Shown in pieces: positions 30,929 through 40,987 of a DNA stretch of 64,000 nt. The translations under genes and the position numbers were made by a program. The notes below the pieces were generated by a model. That model ran no database searches, was not told the DNA's origin, and saw nothing but the letters and a program-made list of their open reading frames with translations. The DNA comes from Candidatus Latescibacterota bacterium (GTDB lineage: Bacteria; Latescibacterota; UBA2968), in the NCBI GenBank assembly GCA_965222605.1, contig OZ244960.1, positions 4,256,001-4,320,000 on the forward strand. Direction: 5' to 3'. Position 1 is the stretch's first letter, and each line of letters opens with the position of its first letter.

Positions 30929-32113
30929 ATGAAATTCCGATCTGGTTTGCTAACCTTGTTGTGCGGTTTTTTTGTTTTGGGTACAGCGTCTTTTTGTTTT
31001 GCCGAAGAAGGCGAAACCGAGATGACACAGGCGGATTCTATTAAGAAAGCCGGCCAACACCTGTCTTTTGGTGTTCGATATCTCAAGAGTAAGCAATATG
31101 AAGACGCCGAAACACAATTTTTGAAATCTTTTGGTTTTAATCCCAAAAGAGCACGCACGGCCCGAGAATTGGGCAAGTTGTACGAAGAAATTGAAGAATA
31201 CGAGGATGCTATTCAGTGGTTTCAAAAAGCTGTTGAACTTGACCCCAAAAGCAAATACACGAAGATAGCACACATCGCATTGGCCCGTATCTATATTATG
31301 CAGGAACAGCCCGAAAAAGTCATTGGAAGTTATGAAACATTGCTGGAATTTAACCTCGAGTCAGAGGAAAAAATTAAATATTATCACGCGCTGGTCAGTT
31401 TGAATGTTGAAACTAAAGAGTATGAAAAAGCCTTGGAGTATGCCAAAAAGTGGGGTGAATTGGCTCCCGATGAGCCCGAAGTGCGGGATATGATTGGTAA
31501 ATTACATCTACAAACAGGTGGCGAGGACGAGGCTCTGGCCGAAATGGAAAAAGTGCTGGAGATAAATCCCGATGATTATGCTACGCTGGAAAAATTGGCG
31601 GGTATGTATGAGCGACGAGGCGATGATGATAAAGCCTTTGATGCCTTTGAAAAATTGTATCAAAATGATATCTCGAGTGTTTTCTTTTTGGAAGAGACCA
31701 TTAAATTGGGCAAGAAGGTGGGGAAATCCAAAAGCTGGATCGTCAATCGGCTTGAAAAATTATACGCCATGCAGCCTGACAATTTGGCGGTGATTGAAGA
31801 ACTGGCCGAGTTGACCGAGAAACTCAAGTGGGTCAATAAAGGTCTGGAACAAGACCCTAAAAATGGTAGGTACCCCTATATGAAGGGCGATCATTATTTT
31901 CATAGGTGGGAAAATTCAAGCACAAAACAGGATTCGATCAATGCCTTGACATGGTATAGAAGGGCGTTGAAAGACCCGCAGTGGAGGGGCAATGCCAATG
32001 CAATGATCCAGACACTTGATCCACCGCTAACAAAAGAAGAAAAGAAGCGTCGAGAATTTTTTGAAGGTAGCAAACAGAAAAAAGAGGAGGTGGAAACGGA
32101 AGGTAAGAAGTAG
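30929..32113 (+). CDS. Secreted TPR repeat protein
   Basis: Signal peptide and multiple TPR repeats (AIQWFQKAVELDP, EKVLEINP). Confidence 0.85.
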   Translation: MKFRSGLLTLLCGFFVLGTASFCFAEEGETEMTQADSIKKAGQHLSFGVRYLKSKQYEDAETQFLKSFGFNPKRARTARELGKLYEEIEEYEDAIQWFQKAVELDPKSKYTKIAHIALARIYIMQEQPEKVIGSYETLLEFNLESEEKIKYYHALVSLNVETKEYEKALEYAKKWGELAPDEPEVRDMIGKLHLQTGGEDEALAEMEKVLEINPDDYATLEKLAGMYERRGDDDKAFDAFEKLYQNDISSVFFLEETIKLGKKVGKSKSWIVNRLEKLYAMQPDNLAVIEELAELTEKLKWVNKGLEQDPKNGRYPYMKGDHYFHRWENSSTKQDSINALTWYRRALKDPQWRGNANAMIQTLDPPLTKEEKKRREFFEGSKQKKEEVETEGKK

Positions 32114-32184
32114 AAGGGCTGTATGTTGTTAATCCATTTTTTCGAATTCACACGCAATTCATAACCTAACCTGGGAGATGTGGC

Positions 32185-32805
32185 ATGGTTGATCTTTTTA
32201 TTAAAGGCGGAAACTTTATGTATCCGTTGCTCGTGATGTTGTTTTTTGGTGTTGTGGTGATGATTGAGCGCTTTTACACGCTTTTTAAGGCACACATCAA
32301 TGCCAAAGAGTTTATGGTAGAGCTTCAGGATGCCCTCAAGCAAAATGGTCCAGAAGGTGCTGCCGAGTTGTGTTCCAATACGCGTGGCCCGGTCGCTACG
32401 GTGCTGCATGCAGGGCTGTTGCGTTTAGACCGCGGTATTGAGCATGTGGAAAAATCGATTGAGGAATCCGGTGCTATCGAAATGGCTTTTCTCGAGCGTG
32501 GTCTCGTGTGGCTTTCCACGGTCGCAAATCTGGCACCTCTTGTCGGTTTTCTGGGCACAGTGTCGGGTATGATCCGAGCTTTTAACGATATTGCCGCTGC
32601 TGGCGATGTTGATCCCAGTGTTGTGGCTGGCGGTATTTCTGAAGCTTTGATTACAACAGCTTCGGGCCTGGTGGTTGCTATTCCAGTGCAGGCTGCCTAC
32701 AACTTCTTCCTGTCAAAAATTGACAAGATCATCATCGATCTCCAGGAAAGCTCCAATCAATTTGTCGATGACCTGATTCAGTTGGGCTACGGCAAGGAGG
32801 ACTAA
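32185..32805 (+). CDS. exbB: MotA/TolQ/ExbB proton channel protein
   Basis: APLVGFLGTVSGMI and GGISEALITTASGL motifs. Confidence 0.92.
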   Translation: MVDLFIKGGNFMYPLLVMLFFGVVVMIERFYTLFKAHINAKEFMVELQDALKQNGPEGAAELCSNTRGPVATVLHAGLLRLDRGIEHVEKSIEESGAIEMAFLERGLVWLSTVANLAPLVGFLGTVSGMIRAFNDIAAAGDVDPSVVAGGISEALITTASGLVVAIPVQAAYNFFLSKIDKIIIDLQESSNQFVDDLIQLGYGKED

Positions 32806-32808
32806 AAC

Positions 32809-33213
32809 ATGGCCCTTCAGCGACGCGAAAAATCTTCACCTGAAATCCCCACTGGATCTATGGCAGATATCGTGTTTTTGTTGCTGGTGTTTTTTCTGGT
32901 GACCACCACGATGAACCAGGATAAGGGTATTGGTATGCACTTGCCGCCGGCAGGCGAGACCAAGAAAATCCAGAAGAAAAATATTTGCAACGTCTGGGTC
33001 AATGTCAACGGGGATATTCTCATCAATTTGGAACAACGTGTACCGCTGAATCTGCTTCGAGCAGATATTGAGCAGCGATTGGCACAAAATGAGAAGCTGA
33101 TCGTTTCATTAAAGGCTGACGAAGAAACGCCCTATGAGAAATTTATCGATGTGCTCGACGAGATTAAATTGTCAGGGGCAGATAAAATTTCGCTCGCCTC
33201 GCCCAGTGAGTGA
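32809..33213 (+). CDS. exbD: ExbD/TolR family protein
   Basis: SMADIVFLLLVFFLV and LKAD motifs. Confidence 0.9.
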   Translation: MALQRREKSSPEIPTGSMADIVFLLLVFFLVTTTMNQDKGIGMHLPPAGETKKIQKKNICNVWVNVNGDILINLEQRVPLNLLRADIEQRLAQNEKLIVSLKADEETPYEKFIDVLDEIKLSGADKISLASPSE

Positions 33214-33228
33214 GTTCAGGAGGTTTTC

Positions 33229-33636
33229 ATGAATTTTAGGAAAAAAGGTGGTGTCTCACACAGCATTCCCACCGGGTCTATGGCCGACATTACTTTTTTG
33301 CTGCTCATTTTCTTTATGGTATCTACGGTTTTTGTCCGCTTCCGCGTGTCGGGCATTATTATGCCCAAGGCCGAAAAAGTCGAAGAGCTTAAGAAACGTC
33401 GTCACATCAACTATTTATGGGTTTCTGCTGATCGCAAAATCTATATTGACGACAAGTTGGCGAATCTCGATCAAATAGCCGGGATTTTTTATGATCGCCG
33501 CGTCAAAGATCCCCGCATGGTCGTGTCACTCAAATGTGACTACCGCGCGCCTTATGGATTGATCAGCCGTGTGATGGAACAATTGCGCGAGGCCGATGCG
33601 CTGCGTATCAACTTTGCGACCAACCGAGAGGGGTAA
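33229..33636 (+). CDS. exbD: ExbD/TolR family protein, second copy
   Basis: SMADITFLLLIFFMV motif. Confidence 0.9.
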   Translation: MNFRKKGGVSHSIPTGSMADITFLLLIFFMVSTVFVRFRVSGIIMPKAEKVEELKKRRHINYLWVSADRKIYIDDKLANLDQIAGIFYDRRVKDPRMVVSLKCDYRAPYGLISRVMEQLREADALRINFATNREG

Positions 33637-33639
33637 GCT

Positions 33640-34287
33640 ATGGCAATGGTTCGAGGAAAAGCACCAGAAGCCGATTTGCGGCGCTCTTATAACAAGGTTC
33701 TTGGATATTGCACATTGATCACGTTTGTCGTGCACACCGCCGTGGCTGTGATTTTTCCAACTTTTGAAGCCTCTGCGGGTAATCGCCAGAAGAAGCAGAT
33801 CATTATTGAAAATGTGGATATTCCAGAAACCCAACAGATCAAGCGTCCGCCGCCGCCGCCGCGGCCTGCTGTGCCAATTGAAACAGAGAGCGACGATGTG
33901 CCCGACGATGTGACCATTGAGAGCACAGATCTCGATTTTGACGATGCAATGGTCGATATGCCGCCGCCACCGCCGCCGGGTTCAGGAGAGGAAGAAGAAG
34001 AAATCCTCGAGTTTTATATGGTTGAGCAAAAACCCAAAGTCATAAAACAGGTAAACCCGGTCTATCCCGAAATCGCTCGCAAAGCCGGGTTGACTGGAAA
34101 AGTGTTTTTGAAGTTTTTGGTTGATAAAGCAGGTCGGGTAAGCAATGTGACCGTTCTTAGAGGTCAAGAAATTTTTCGGCAAGCGGCGATTGATGCTGTT
34201 CTGCAATTCAGGTTTGAACCAGCCCAACAAAATGACAAACCGGTTTCTGTTTGGATGACACAACCGATGTCTTTCCGCTTGAACTGA
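33640..34287 (+). CDS. tonB: Energy transducer TonB
   Basis: TM with His, Pro-rich linker, C-terminal YPEIARKAG...FEPAQQ domain. Confidence 0.92.
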   Translation: MAMVRGKAPEADLRRSYNKVLGYCTLITFVVHTAVAVIFPTFEASAGNRQKKQIIIENVDIPETQQIKRPPPPPRPAVPIETESDDVPDDVTIESTDLDFDDAMVDMPPPPPPGSGEEEEEILEFYMVEQKPKVIKQVNPVYPEIARKAGLTGKVFLKFLVDKAGRVSNVTVLRGQEIFRQAAIDAVLQFRFEPAQQNDKPVSVWMTQPMSFRLN

Positions 34288-34306
34288 GGTGGTAGTTTTG
34301 TTTGCA

Positions 34307-34342
34307 AAAGGCCATTGTGCAGCGCGTACAATGGTCTTTTTT
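34307..34342 (+). terminator. Intrinsic terminator after tonB
   Basis: AAAAGGCCATTGTGC...GTACAATGGTCTTTTTT. Confidence 0.65.
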
Positions 34343-34450
34343 GTGTAAATATGTAAACAATACTTGACATATACGCCAAAATTTTACAATATATATTGCC
34401 TAATCCGAATTTTAAGTCTTTGTAAAGGTTCAAAATAGAGGAGATTTCCC

Positions 34451-35647
34451 ATGCTCATGCGTTCCTTCCTTGCGATGCTTTCACTGTCTGTGCTAATGGC
34501 CGGCTCTGCCCTTGCGCAGGTTGTGAGTCCCGAATCGGCTGAAAAATACAATGCCGGACAGGAGTTATTCAAAAAGCGACAGTTTCAAAAAGCACTCGTA
34601 GCCTTTGAAGATGCTGTAAAGATCGATGGCAAAAACGCGCAAGCATATCGCGCGATGGGCACGACATACAAAAAGCTTCGCAATTACAAAAAGGCCATTG
34701 AAGCTTATCAAATGGCGACTTCAATTAAGTCGGATTACGCAGCCGCTTATTTTGAAATGGGCGAATTGCAATTTCAGACCAAAGACTATACAGGTGCCCA
34801 GGCGAGCATGCAAAAAGTACTGGGAATTGATCACAATTTTGCCGAAGGCAAAGCACGCGGCAGGTTGAAGGTAGCTTATATTCAAGAGGGCAACACGTTG
34901 TTCGGGCGGCGCAATTACAAGGCTGCTGCGGATCAGTATGAAAGCGCTACGCAAGTCGATCCTTCAGATGCGACCGTATTTTATAATTTGGGATTGGCAC
35001 ATAGAAGTGCACGCAGTGTAAATGCCGCGCGCGAAGCGCTTGAAACCGCTATTGAATTGGATCCGAACTATGGCAAAGCCCATCGCGGTTTAGGAGATCT
35101 CTTCAGGGCGACCGGCAAAAATAGCAGTGCAGCAAGATCGTATTTAAAGGCGATTCAAGCCGATGCAAAAGATACAAGGTCTCGCTTGAGTCTGGCAGCG
35201 GTCTATAAGGCGATGAAGCAAAATAGCAAAGCGATTTCCGTGCTTAAAAAAGCGGCACGGGTTGATCCCAAAAATGCAACGGTTCACACAGCACTTGGCA
35301 AGGCTTATGCAGATGGCAGACAGTACACAAATGCTGTTGCTTCCTACAAAAGGGCACTGGGCATTAAGAGTACCTCCGAGGTGAACTATCGGATAGCCGT
35401 GCCTTATTTTGAACTCAAGCAATACCGCAATGCCATTAGGCACGCCAATAAAGCCGTGTCTTCGTCTAAATGGAGAGTGCCCGCCAATGTCATTTTGGGC
35501 GATTGTTATCGAGAGCTTGGTCAAAAAGAAAAAGCGATTGCACGCTACAAAGAAGGTGCTAAAGACCGTCGATACAAGAAATATTGCGAAGACCAGATTG
35601 ATCGCATCCTCAATCCAATGGGCGGTGGAGAAGAAGAGGCGCAGTAA
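34451..35647 (+). CDS. Secreted TPR repeat protein
   Basis: Signal peptide and about 9-10 TPR-like repeats. Confidence 0.88.
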   Translation: MLMRSFLAMLSLSVLMAGSALAQVVSPESAEKYNAGQELFKKRQFQKALVAFEDAVKIDGKNAQAYRAMGTTYKKLRNYKKAIEAYQMATSIKSDYAAAYFEMGELQFQTKDYTGAQASMQKVLGIDHNFAEGKARGRLKVAYIQEGNTLFGRRNYKAAADQYESATQVDPSDATVFYNLGLAHRSARSVNAAREALETAIELDPNYGKAHRGLGDLFRATGKNSSAARSYLKAIQADAKDTRSRLSLAAVYKAMKQNSKAISVLKKAARVDPKNATVHTALGKAYADGRQYTNAVASYKRALGIKSTSEVNYRIAVPYFELKQYRNAIRHANKAVSSSKWRVPANVILGDCYRELGQKEKAIARYKEGAKDRRYKKYCEDQIDRILNPMGGGEEEAQ

Positions 35648-35665
35648 GTAGCGCGGTGATTTTTT

Positions 35666-35701
35666 AAAAAAAAGGGACTCTTTTTGAGTCCCTTTTTTTT
35701 T
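35666..35701. terminator. Bidirectional intrinsic terminator
   Basis: A tract, GGGACTC-TTTTT-GAGTCCC, T tract. Confidence 0.8.
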
Positions 35702-35718
35702 AGGAGACTTCTCATTTT

Positions 35719-36870
35719 GTGAAAAAAGACACTTTTTTGTATATCAGTGCTTTTTTAATGGATAGTTGTTTTGCCATTGTGGGCGTTTGCGTTCCATTAT
35801 ACGCCCTGCAATTCGGTGCGACTTATGACGATCTCGGCTGGATAAATACCTGCGGTGCATTGGCTTATTCTCTGACCAGTCTCGTGTCGGGCCGTCTTGC
35901 AGATCGTATGGGGTACCGCCCGGTGATGACTATTGGATGTGTTTTTCTCGCGCTTTCATTTGTGGGATATCTCGGTGTCAATCGCATCTGGCACTTTGTT
36001 TTGCTTTCTGTGCTTGTTGGTGTTGCCATTGCACATTATTGGCCCCCGATGCAAGCCTGGCTTGGGCGTGGGAAATCGCGAGATAGGCTGTTACCCGCGT
36101 TGGGGCGATTCAATGTGGCGTGGACATTGGGTGTGTGTATTGGCCCAGCCGCAGGTGGTGAGTTGTTTGAATTTCATCCTTTTAGCGGATTTATTTTGGG
36201 TGGTTTTTTGGTTGTTTTGTTATTTGCCGGTTTGCTTGTTGTTCCGATTTTGGAATCGGAATCCGGTCCTGTGGTTAAACGATCGGTTGCCGCAACGTCG
36301 GGCCATTTTTTGCCGCTCGCATTGCTGGCTAATTTTGCAACTTTTTTTTCTATTGGGCTTGTGCGCGCGCTGTTTCCAAAGTTGGCGACAGATCTCGGCT
36401 TCTCACCGAGTTTGCTGGGGTATTTGCTCGCGCTGATCGCGGTGACCCAACTTGCGGTTTTTTATTTTATGTCGCGGACAGATCGATGGCAATTTCGCAT
36501 GGCACCCATTATTTTTGCTCAGCTTCTGGCAGCTTTTGGCCTCGGTTTGATCGGTATAGGTACACAGCCGATTGTTTTTGCATGTGGCTTTTTGCTGTTG
36601 GGCGGGCTTATTGGGGTGACGTTTACGGCGAGTATTTTTTACAGTTTGTACGCCGAAGGGCCTGGAGGCCGTCGCACGGGTATTCACGAAGCGATTGTGG
36701 GCAGTGGATTTTTATTTGGTCCTCTTCTCGGCGGTCTTGTTGCCGAGCATTTCAATGCGCGATTGCCCTATTTGATGGGTAGTATGGTTATTCTGGTGAC
36801 GATTGGTTTTCAGTTATTGATCCACAAAATGAATGCTCCCATGGAGGATGAATTTGAAAAAGCGTTTTAG
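35719..36870 (+). CDS. MFS transporter
   Basis: Motif A GRLADRMGYR; about 12 hydrophobic segments. Confidence 0.9.
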   Translation: MKKDTFLYISAFLMDSCFAIVGVCVPLYALQFGATYDDLGWINTCGALAYSLTSLVSGRLADRMGYRPVMTIGCVFLALSFVGYLGVNRIWHFVLLSVLVGVAIAHYWPPMQAWLGRGKSRDRLLPALGRFNVAWTLGVCIGPAAGGELFEFHPFSGFILGGFLVVLLFAGLLVVPILESESGPVVKRSVAATSGHFLPLALLANFATFFSIGLVRALFPKLATDLGFSPSLLGYLLALIAVTQLAVFYFMSRTDRWQFRMAPIIFAQLLAAFGLGLIGIGTQPIVFACGFLLLGGLIGVTFTASIFYSLYAEGPGGRRTGIHEAIVGSGFLFGPLLGGLVAEHFNARLPYLMGSMVILVTIGFQLLIHKMNAPMEDEFEKAF

Positions 36871-37498
36871 TAAAGCCGAAAAAGCCGAAAGGATTGCCGA
36901 GATTCTGGATGAGTTGTATCCCAATCCCGAAGCGTCGCTAAAACACGGGAGTGCCTATACCCTGTTGGTTGCTGTGTTGTTGTCGGCGCAATGTACCGAT
37001 GTGCGGGTCAATCAGGTGACGCCGATTCTGTTTGCAAAAGCAGATACGCCAGAGAAAATGGTTGCACTGTCGGTTGAAGAAATCGAAGGTGTTATCCGTC
37101 CGTGCGGGTTGGCGCCTCGCAAAGCACAGGCGATTTTCGGTTTGTCCCGTATTTTGTTGGATAAACACGATGGCGAGGTGCCCCAATCTTATGAGGATTT
37201 GGAAGCATTGCCCGGTGTGGGACACAAGACGGCGTCGGTGGTGATGGCTCAGGCTTTTGACGTGTCGGCATTTCCCGTGGATACGCATATTCACCGTCTC
37301 GCCTATCGCTGGGGGTTGTCCAATGGCAAAAATGTGGTGCAGACCGAGCGCGATTTGAAACGCATTTTTCCCGCAGAAATTTGGAATAAGTTGCATTTGC
37401 AGATTATATTTTTTGGCCGAGAATATTGTCCGGCGAGGGGGCATGATCCCCATCAATGCCGCATTTGCAGTGTGTATGGACGCAGGAGTTTGTTTTGA
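36848..37498 (+). CDS. nth: Endonuclease III
   Basis: LLSAQCTD, HhH LPGVGHKTA and VDTH motifs; start uncertain (36848 or 36854). Confidence 0.93.
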   Translation: MNLKKRFSKAEKAERIAEILDELYPNPEASLKHGSAYTLLVAVLLSAQCTDVRVNQVTPILFAKADTPEKMVALSVEEIEGVIRPCGLAPRKAQAIFGLSRILLDKHDGEVPQSYEDLEALPGVGHKTASVVMAQAFDVSAFPVDTHIHRLAYRWGLSNGKNVVQTERDLKRIFPAEIWNKLHLQIIFFGREYCPARGHDPHQCRICSVYGRRSLF

Positions 37499-37508
37499 GA
37501 GATAGGAG

Positions 37509-38654
37509 GTGGAAGTGAAGATTCGAGCGATTGCGATTTCGGTTTTTGAATTGCCTGCTAATACGGGGCGGTTTCGGATGGAACAAGCCGGTCGTGGTGC
37601 CCGCAAGCGATGGGAAAATCGGGGAGCGGGTAAGTCGGCAGAGCAGATACACGTTTTGCATGTGAAAACCGATGAGGGTATCGAAGGGGTATGTACAGTG
37701 GGGGATGCGCGGTACACGACGATGCGTCTTGAAGACCTGGAGCAATTGCGGTTGTTAACGGTTGGCGAAGATCCATTTGATCGCGAACGACTCACTCAAA
37801 AATTACACAAAGCAACGCGCAGCATGTTCACACGCCCTGGATGGTTTGGCGCTTTTGACAATTGTTTGTGGGATATTGCTGGCAAGGTTGCGGGACTGCC
37901 CGTTCACAGTTTGATTGGTCGAGCGCGGTCTTCCTGTGCGGCTTATTACAATTTTAGAAGTGGGTCACAAGAGGAGGCTGTAGCCGATGCAACACAGGCA
38001 GTGAAACGGGGATTTTTGGCTGTAAAGGATCACTTCAGGGGTACGGCAGATGAAAATATCGCGTGTTTTCACGCTGTGCGCGATGCGGTTGGGAGTGATG
38101 TCGATATTTTGCACGATGCCGCAGGGTGTGATTACACGTTGCAAGATGCGATTCGGGTGGGTAAGACTCTGGAGGCGTTGCGGTTTGGGTGGTTTGAAGA
38201 ACCTTTGACAGATCGGGATCAAAAAAATTTGCAGCGTTTGTGTGCCGCGCTGGACATTCCCATTTTGGCGCCTGAGACTTTGATGCACGATGTAGATTTG
38301 AGCGCGCAATGGATTATTTCCGGGGCAACCGATGCCCTGCGTGCCAATGCGCGGCTGGGTACAACTCCGACGTTGAAACTGGCACATTTGGTGGAGATGC
38401 ACGGTGCAAATATTGAATTCAATGGACCGGGTGGGTTGTTTGGGCTGGTGCATGCACATCTGGTTTGTGCCATATCGAATACGAGTTATTACGAGTTTTT
38501 CCCCGGAGGCTCCCGGGATGTGCGCGGTCGTGAGATTGGATTGCTAAATCCTCCTCTGCCCGAGAATGGCCATATTACACCGCCCAATAGTCCCGGATGG
38601 GGTGCCGAATGGGATTGGGAGTTTTTTGAGAAGAAGCGGATAGGAGAGTTATAA
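37509..38654 (+). CDS. Mandelate racemase/muconate lactonizing (enolase superfamily) enzyme
   Basis: DNCLWDIAGK..GLPV..L.G, ILHDA and WFEEP motifs. Confidence 0.88.
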   Translation: MEVKIRAIAISVFELPANTGRFRMEQAGRGARKRWENRGAGKSAEQIHVLHVKTDEGIEGVCTVGDARYTTMRLEDLEQLRLLTVGEDPFDRERLTQKLHKATRSMFTRPGWFGAFDNCLWDIAGKVAGLPVHSLIGRARSSCAAYYNFRSGSQEEAVADATQAVKRGFLAVKDHFRGTADENIACFHAVRDAVGSDVDILHDAAGCDYTLQDAIRVGKTLEALRFGWFEEPLTDRDQKNLQRLCAALDIPILAPETLMHDVDLSAQWIISGATDALRANARLGTTPTLKLAHLVEMHGANIEFNGPGGLFGLVHAHLVCAISNTSYYEFFPGGSRDVRGREIGLLNPPLPENGHITPPNSPGWGAEWDWEFFEKKRIGEL

Positions 38655-38659
38655 AAAGC

Positions 38660-38688
38660 AACCACAGATGGACGCAGATGAACGCAGA
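38660..38688 (+). repeat. Short degenerate tandem repeat (10-bp period)
   Basis: ACCACAGATG GACGCAGATG AACGCAGA. Confidence 0.55.
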
Positions 38689-38708
38689 AAAAAAAGAGGG
38701 CTGGTTTT

Positions 38709-38760
38709 GTACGGGCAGGTTGAACTGCTGTCGCAGTTGTACCCCGTTCGAAACCTGCCC
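38709..38760. repeat. REP-like palindrome interrupted by a 24-bp GGGGTAC-tagged hairpin repeat (copy C, minus strand)
   Basis: GTACGGGCAG-GTT-[GAACTGCTGTCGCAGTTGTACCCC]-GTT-CGAAACCTGCCC. Confidence 0.75.
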
Positions 38761-38787
38761 CTTCGCTGACAACTGAAAGGAGATTTT

Positions 38788-40032
38788 ATGGCTTCTGATA
38801 AACCAAATATTATTCTGATTCTGTCCGATGATTTGGGATATGAATGCCTGGGGTGTTATGGAGGTGAATCATATCAAACGCCCGTGCTGGATGGTTTGAG
38901 CAAAGAGGGTATGCGTTTTGACCATGCATATGCCCTGCCGTTGTGTACGCCGACGCGGTTACAGTTGATGACGGGTAAATACAATTTTCGAAATTGGAGA
39001 GCTTTTGGGGTGATGGATCCCCATGAGCGCACTTTTGGGCATCTGATGAAAGCGGCTGGCTATAAGACGTGTATTTCGGGCAAATGGCAAATGTATAGCT
39101 ATAATCCGCCGGATTTTGAACCCGAGTGGCGCGGCAAAGGGCAACTGGCGGAAGATTCGGGTTTTGATGAGTATTGCTTGTGGCATACGGAACACACGGA
39201 GGATAAGGGATCGCGGTATGCCGATCCAGTAATTCAACAAAATGGGAAGTATTTGGAGGATACAGAGGGCAAGTACGGTCCGGATATTTATACGGCTTAT
39301 ATTTGCGATTATATCGAGCGACATAAGGACGATCCGTTTTTTGTGTATTACCCAATGGCGCTGACACACGGTCCGTTTGAACCGACGCCCCATAGCGAAA
39401 TATGGTCTGAAAACCGGCACGATAGCGGTGTGAAGTATTTTGTGGATATGGTTGAGTATATGGATGTGGTGATTGGGCGAATTGTGGATAAATTGGATGA
39501 ACTCGGTCTGAGAGAGAATACTCTGCTTCTGTTTATAGGCGATAATGGATCGCCCCGTCAGGTGACTTCTATTATCAATGGTCGCGAGTTCCAGGGGGGG
39601 AAGGGTCTTTCGACGGATGCGGGTACGCGGGTGCCACTTATTGCGAGTTGGTCGGGTACGATCCCACCGGGGTCTGTGTGTGATGATTTGATCGATTGCA
39701 GCGATTTTTTGCCGTTGATGATGGATATGGCTGGCACTTCTTTGCCCGAGGACGATGTGTTTGATGGGGTGTCATTTTTGCCTCAGTTAAAGGGCGAGAC
39801 GGGAACGCCGCGCGAGTGGATTTTTGCCCATCACGATCCTCTGCCCGGATGGGGTAAGGTGGGCTACTACTTAAAGCGATGGGCACAGGATAAACGTTGG
39901 AAGCTCTACGATACGGGCGATTTGTATGATGTTGTAGTAGATGAGTTGGAAGAACACCCAATCGTCGATGGAGGTGCAGAAGCAGAGGCAGCGCGACAAA
40001 AATTACAGCCCGTGCTGGATCGGATGAAGTGA
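38788..40032 (+). CDS. Sulfatase (arylsulfatase-like)
   Basis: PNIILILSDDLG, LCTPTR, GKW and GDNG motifs. Confidence 0.93.
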   Translation: MASDKPNIILILSDDLGYECLGCYGGESYQTPVLDGLSKEGMRFDHAYALPLCTPTRLQLMTGKYNFRNWRAFGVMDPHERTFGHLMKAAGYKTCISGKWQMYSYNPPDFEPEWRGKGQLAEDSGFDEYCLWHTEHTEDKGSRYADPVIQQNGKYLEDTEGKYGPDIYTAYICDYIERHKDDPFFVYYPMALTHGPFEPTPHSEIWSENRHDSGVKYFVDMVEYMDVVIGRIVDKLDELGLRENTLLLFIGDNGSPRQVTSIINGREFQGGKGLSTDAGTRVPLIASWSGTIPPGSVCDDLIDCSDFLPLMMDMAGTSLPEDDVFDGVSFLPQLKGETGTPREWIFAHHDPLPGWGKVGYYLKRWAQDKRWKLYDTGDLYDVVVDELEEHPIVDGGAEAEAARQKLQPVLDRMK

Positions 40033-40062
40033 GGCGGCGTTTATCTCGCCGATATTTCCAAC

Positions 40063-40091
40063 TTGACACAGTTTGTGTACAGCAATAAAAT
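40063..40091 (+). promoter_or_regulatory. Sigma70-type promoter of the ATPase/helicase cassette, with an internal inverted repeat
   Basis: TTGACA-N17-TAAAAT; ACACA-GTT-TGTGT overlaps the -35 element and spacer. Confidence 0.7.
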
Positions 40092-40138
40092 TACACGCGA
40101 GCAGAAATCACTTACACTCAAAGCAGAAGGTAATCCAA

Positions 40139-40972
40139 ATGGCAGATCGAGAAGAATTTCTTGAGCAAATGCAAGAGAGATTGACGGATGTGGTCAAGCC
40201 CTATCAACTACAGCAGAACCGCCGTCAAAGAATGGCCGATTTTGTGAAACAATGTGTCCGCTGTGCCGGGCGGAATGACTTTTTTCAACTCGACGAATTG
40301 CTGAAGTCTAAAATGGCACGCAATGTGCAAGAAGAAGTGGGGCTAAAGGAAGGTGCAGAATTTCTATATCAATTGCGTACTTATGCAGATGAACAGGTGG
40401 AGCGATACCGAATCCAATTTATAGAAGACCTGACGACATTAGCCAATGAAGCAAAACTTCCAATAGAGATCGATTTCCCGCGCATTGGAGTACTCAAGGG
40501 CATAGAGGGAGAAGTTGACTTTGCTCAGCGGAAAACTGTAATTAACAAAAAAGCCTTGAAATCCGTAGATCCAAAGCGTATTATTACCGCCCTGCGAAGG
40601 GTAAAGCAGCAACTCTATGATCGCCCTTATGATCCACAGGCATTTATTGACAAACTATATGACGTATATGCGGAAATTCTCAAAAAAGAAAAGCGAGAGA
40701 TGGGGCATCCCGTTGCAATGCAGCAATTATATCTGGAATATGTGTTATCTCTTCAGAGTCGGGCATTTTTTCAGGACATGGACAAGGGAAAGTTTCGAGG
40801 GTATAGCCTGGATCAATTTGCCGTAGATATTTGGCGTTATTTTCAGGCCGGTACTGGGGGCACGTCAAATGGCTATGCTGTGCAGCTAAGACCGGGGCGG
40901 AATAGGGCACTTTGGTTGATTGACAGCGATGGAGAACGGCGGCAGATTACCACCATTGCTTTTCAAACCTAA
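40139..40972 (+). CDS. Hypothetical cytoplasmic protein, first gene of the putative defence cassette
   Basis: 277-aa ORF starting MADREEF; no motif recognised; 15 bp upstream of the first ATPase. Confidence 0.8.
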   Translation: MADREEFLEQMQERLTDVVKPYQLQQNRRQRMADFVKQCVRCAGRNDFFQLDELLKSKMARNVQEEVGLKEGAEFLYQLRTYADEQVERYRIQFIEDLTTLANEAKLPIEIDFPRIGVLKGIEGEVDFAQRKTVINKKALKSVDPKRIITALRRVKQQLYDRPYDPQAFIDKLYDVYAEILKKEKREMGHPVAMQQLYLEYVLSLQSRAFFQDMDKGKFRGYSLDQFAVDIWRYFQAGTGGTSNGYAVQLRPGRNRALWLIDSDGERRQITTIAFQT

Positions 40973-40987
40973 AAAAGGACATGACGC

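Noticed and set aside
37420-37498. Only three Cys in the Nth C-terminal Fe-S region
   Set aside because: Variant cluster motifs are common in Nth and the catalytic motifs are intact; not enough to claim novelty.
36938-37795. Long antisense or alternative-frame ORFs (e.g. 36938-37795, 40886-41755, 29144-29929, 59603-60337)
   Set aside because: They overlap well-supported genes on the opposite strand and have no motifs or RBS; treated as shadow ORFs.
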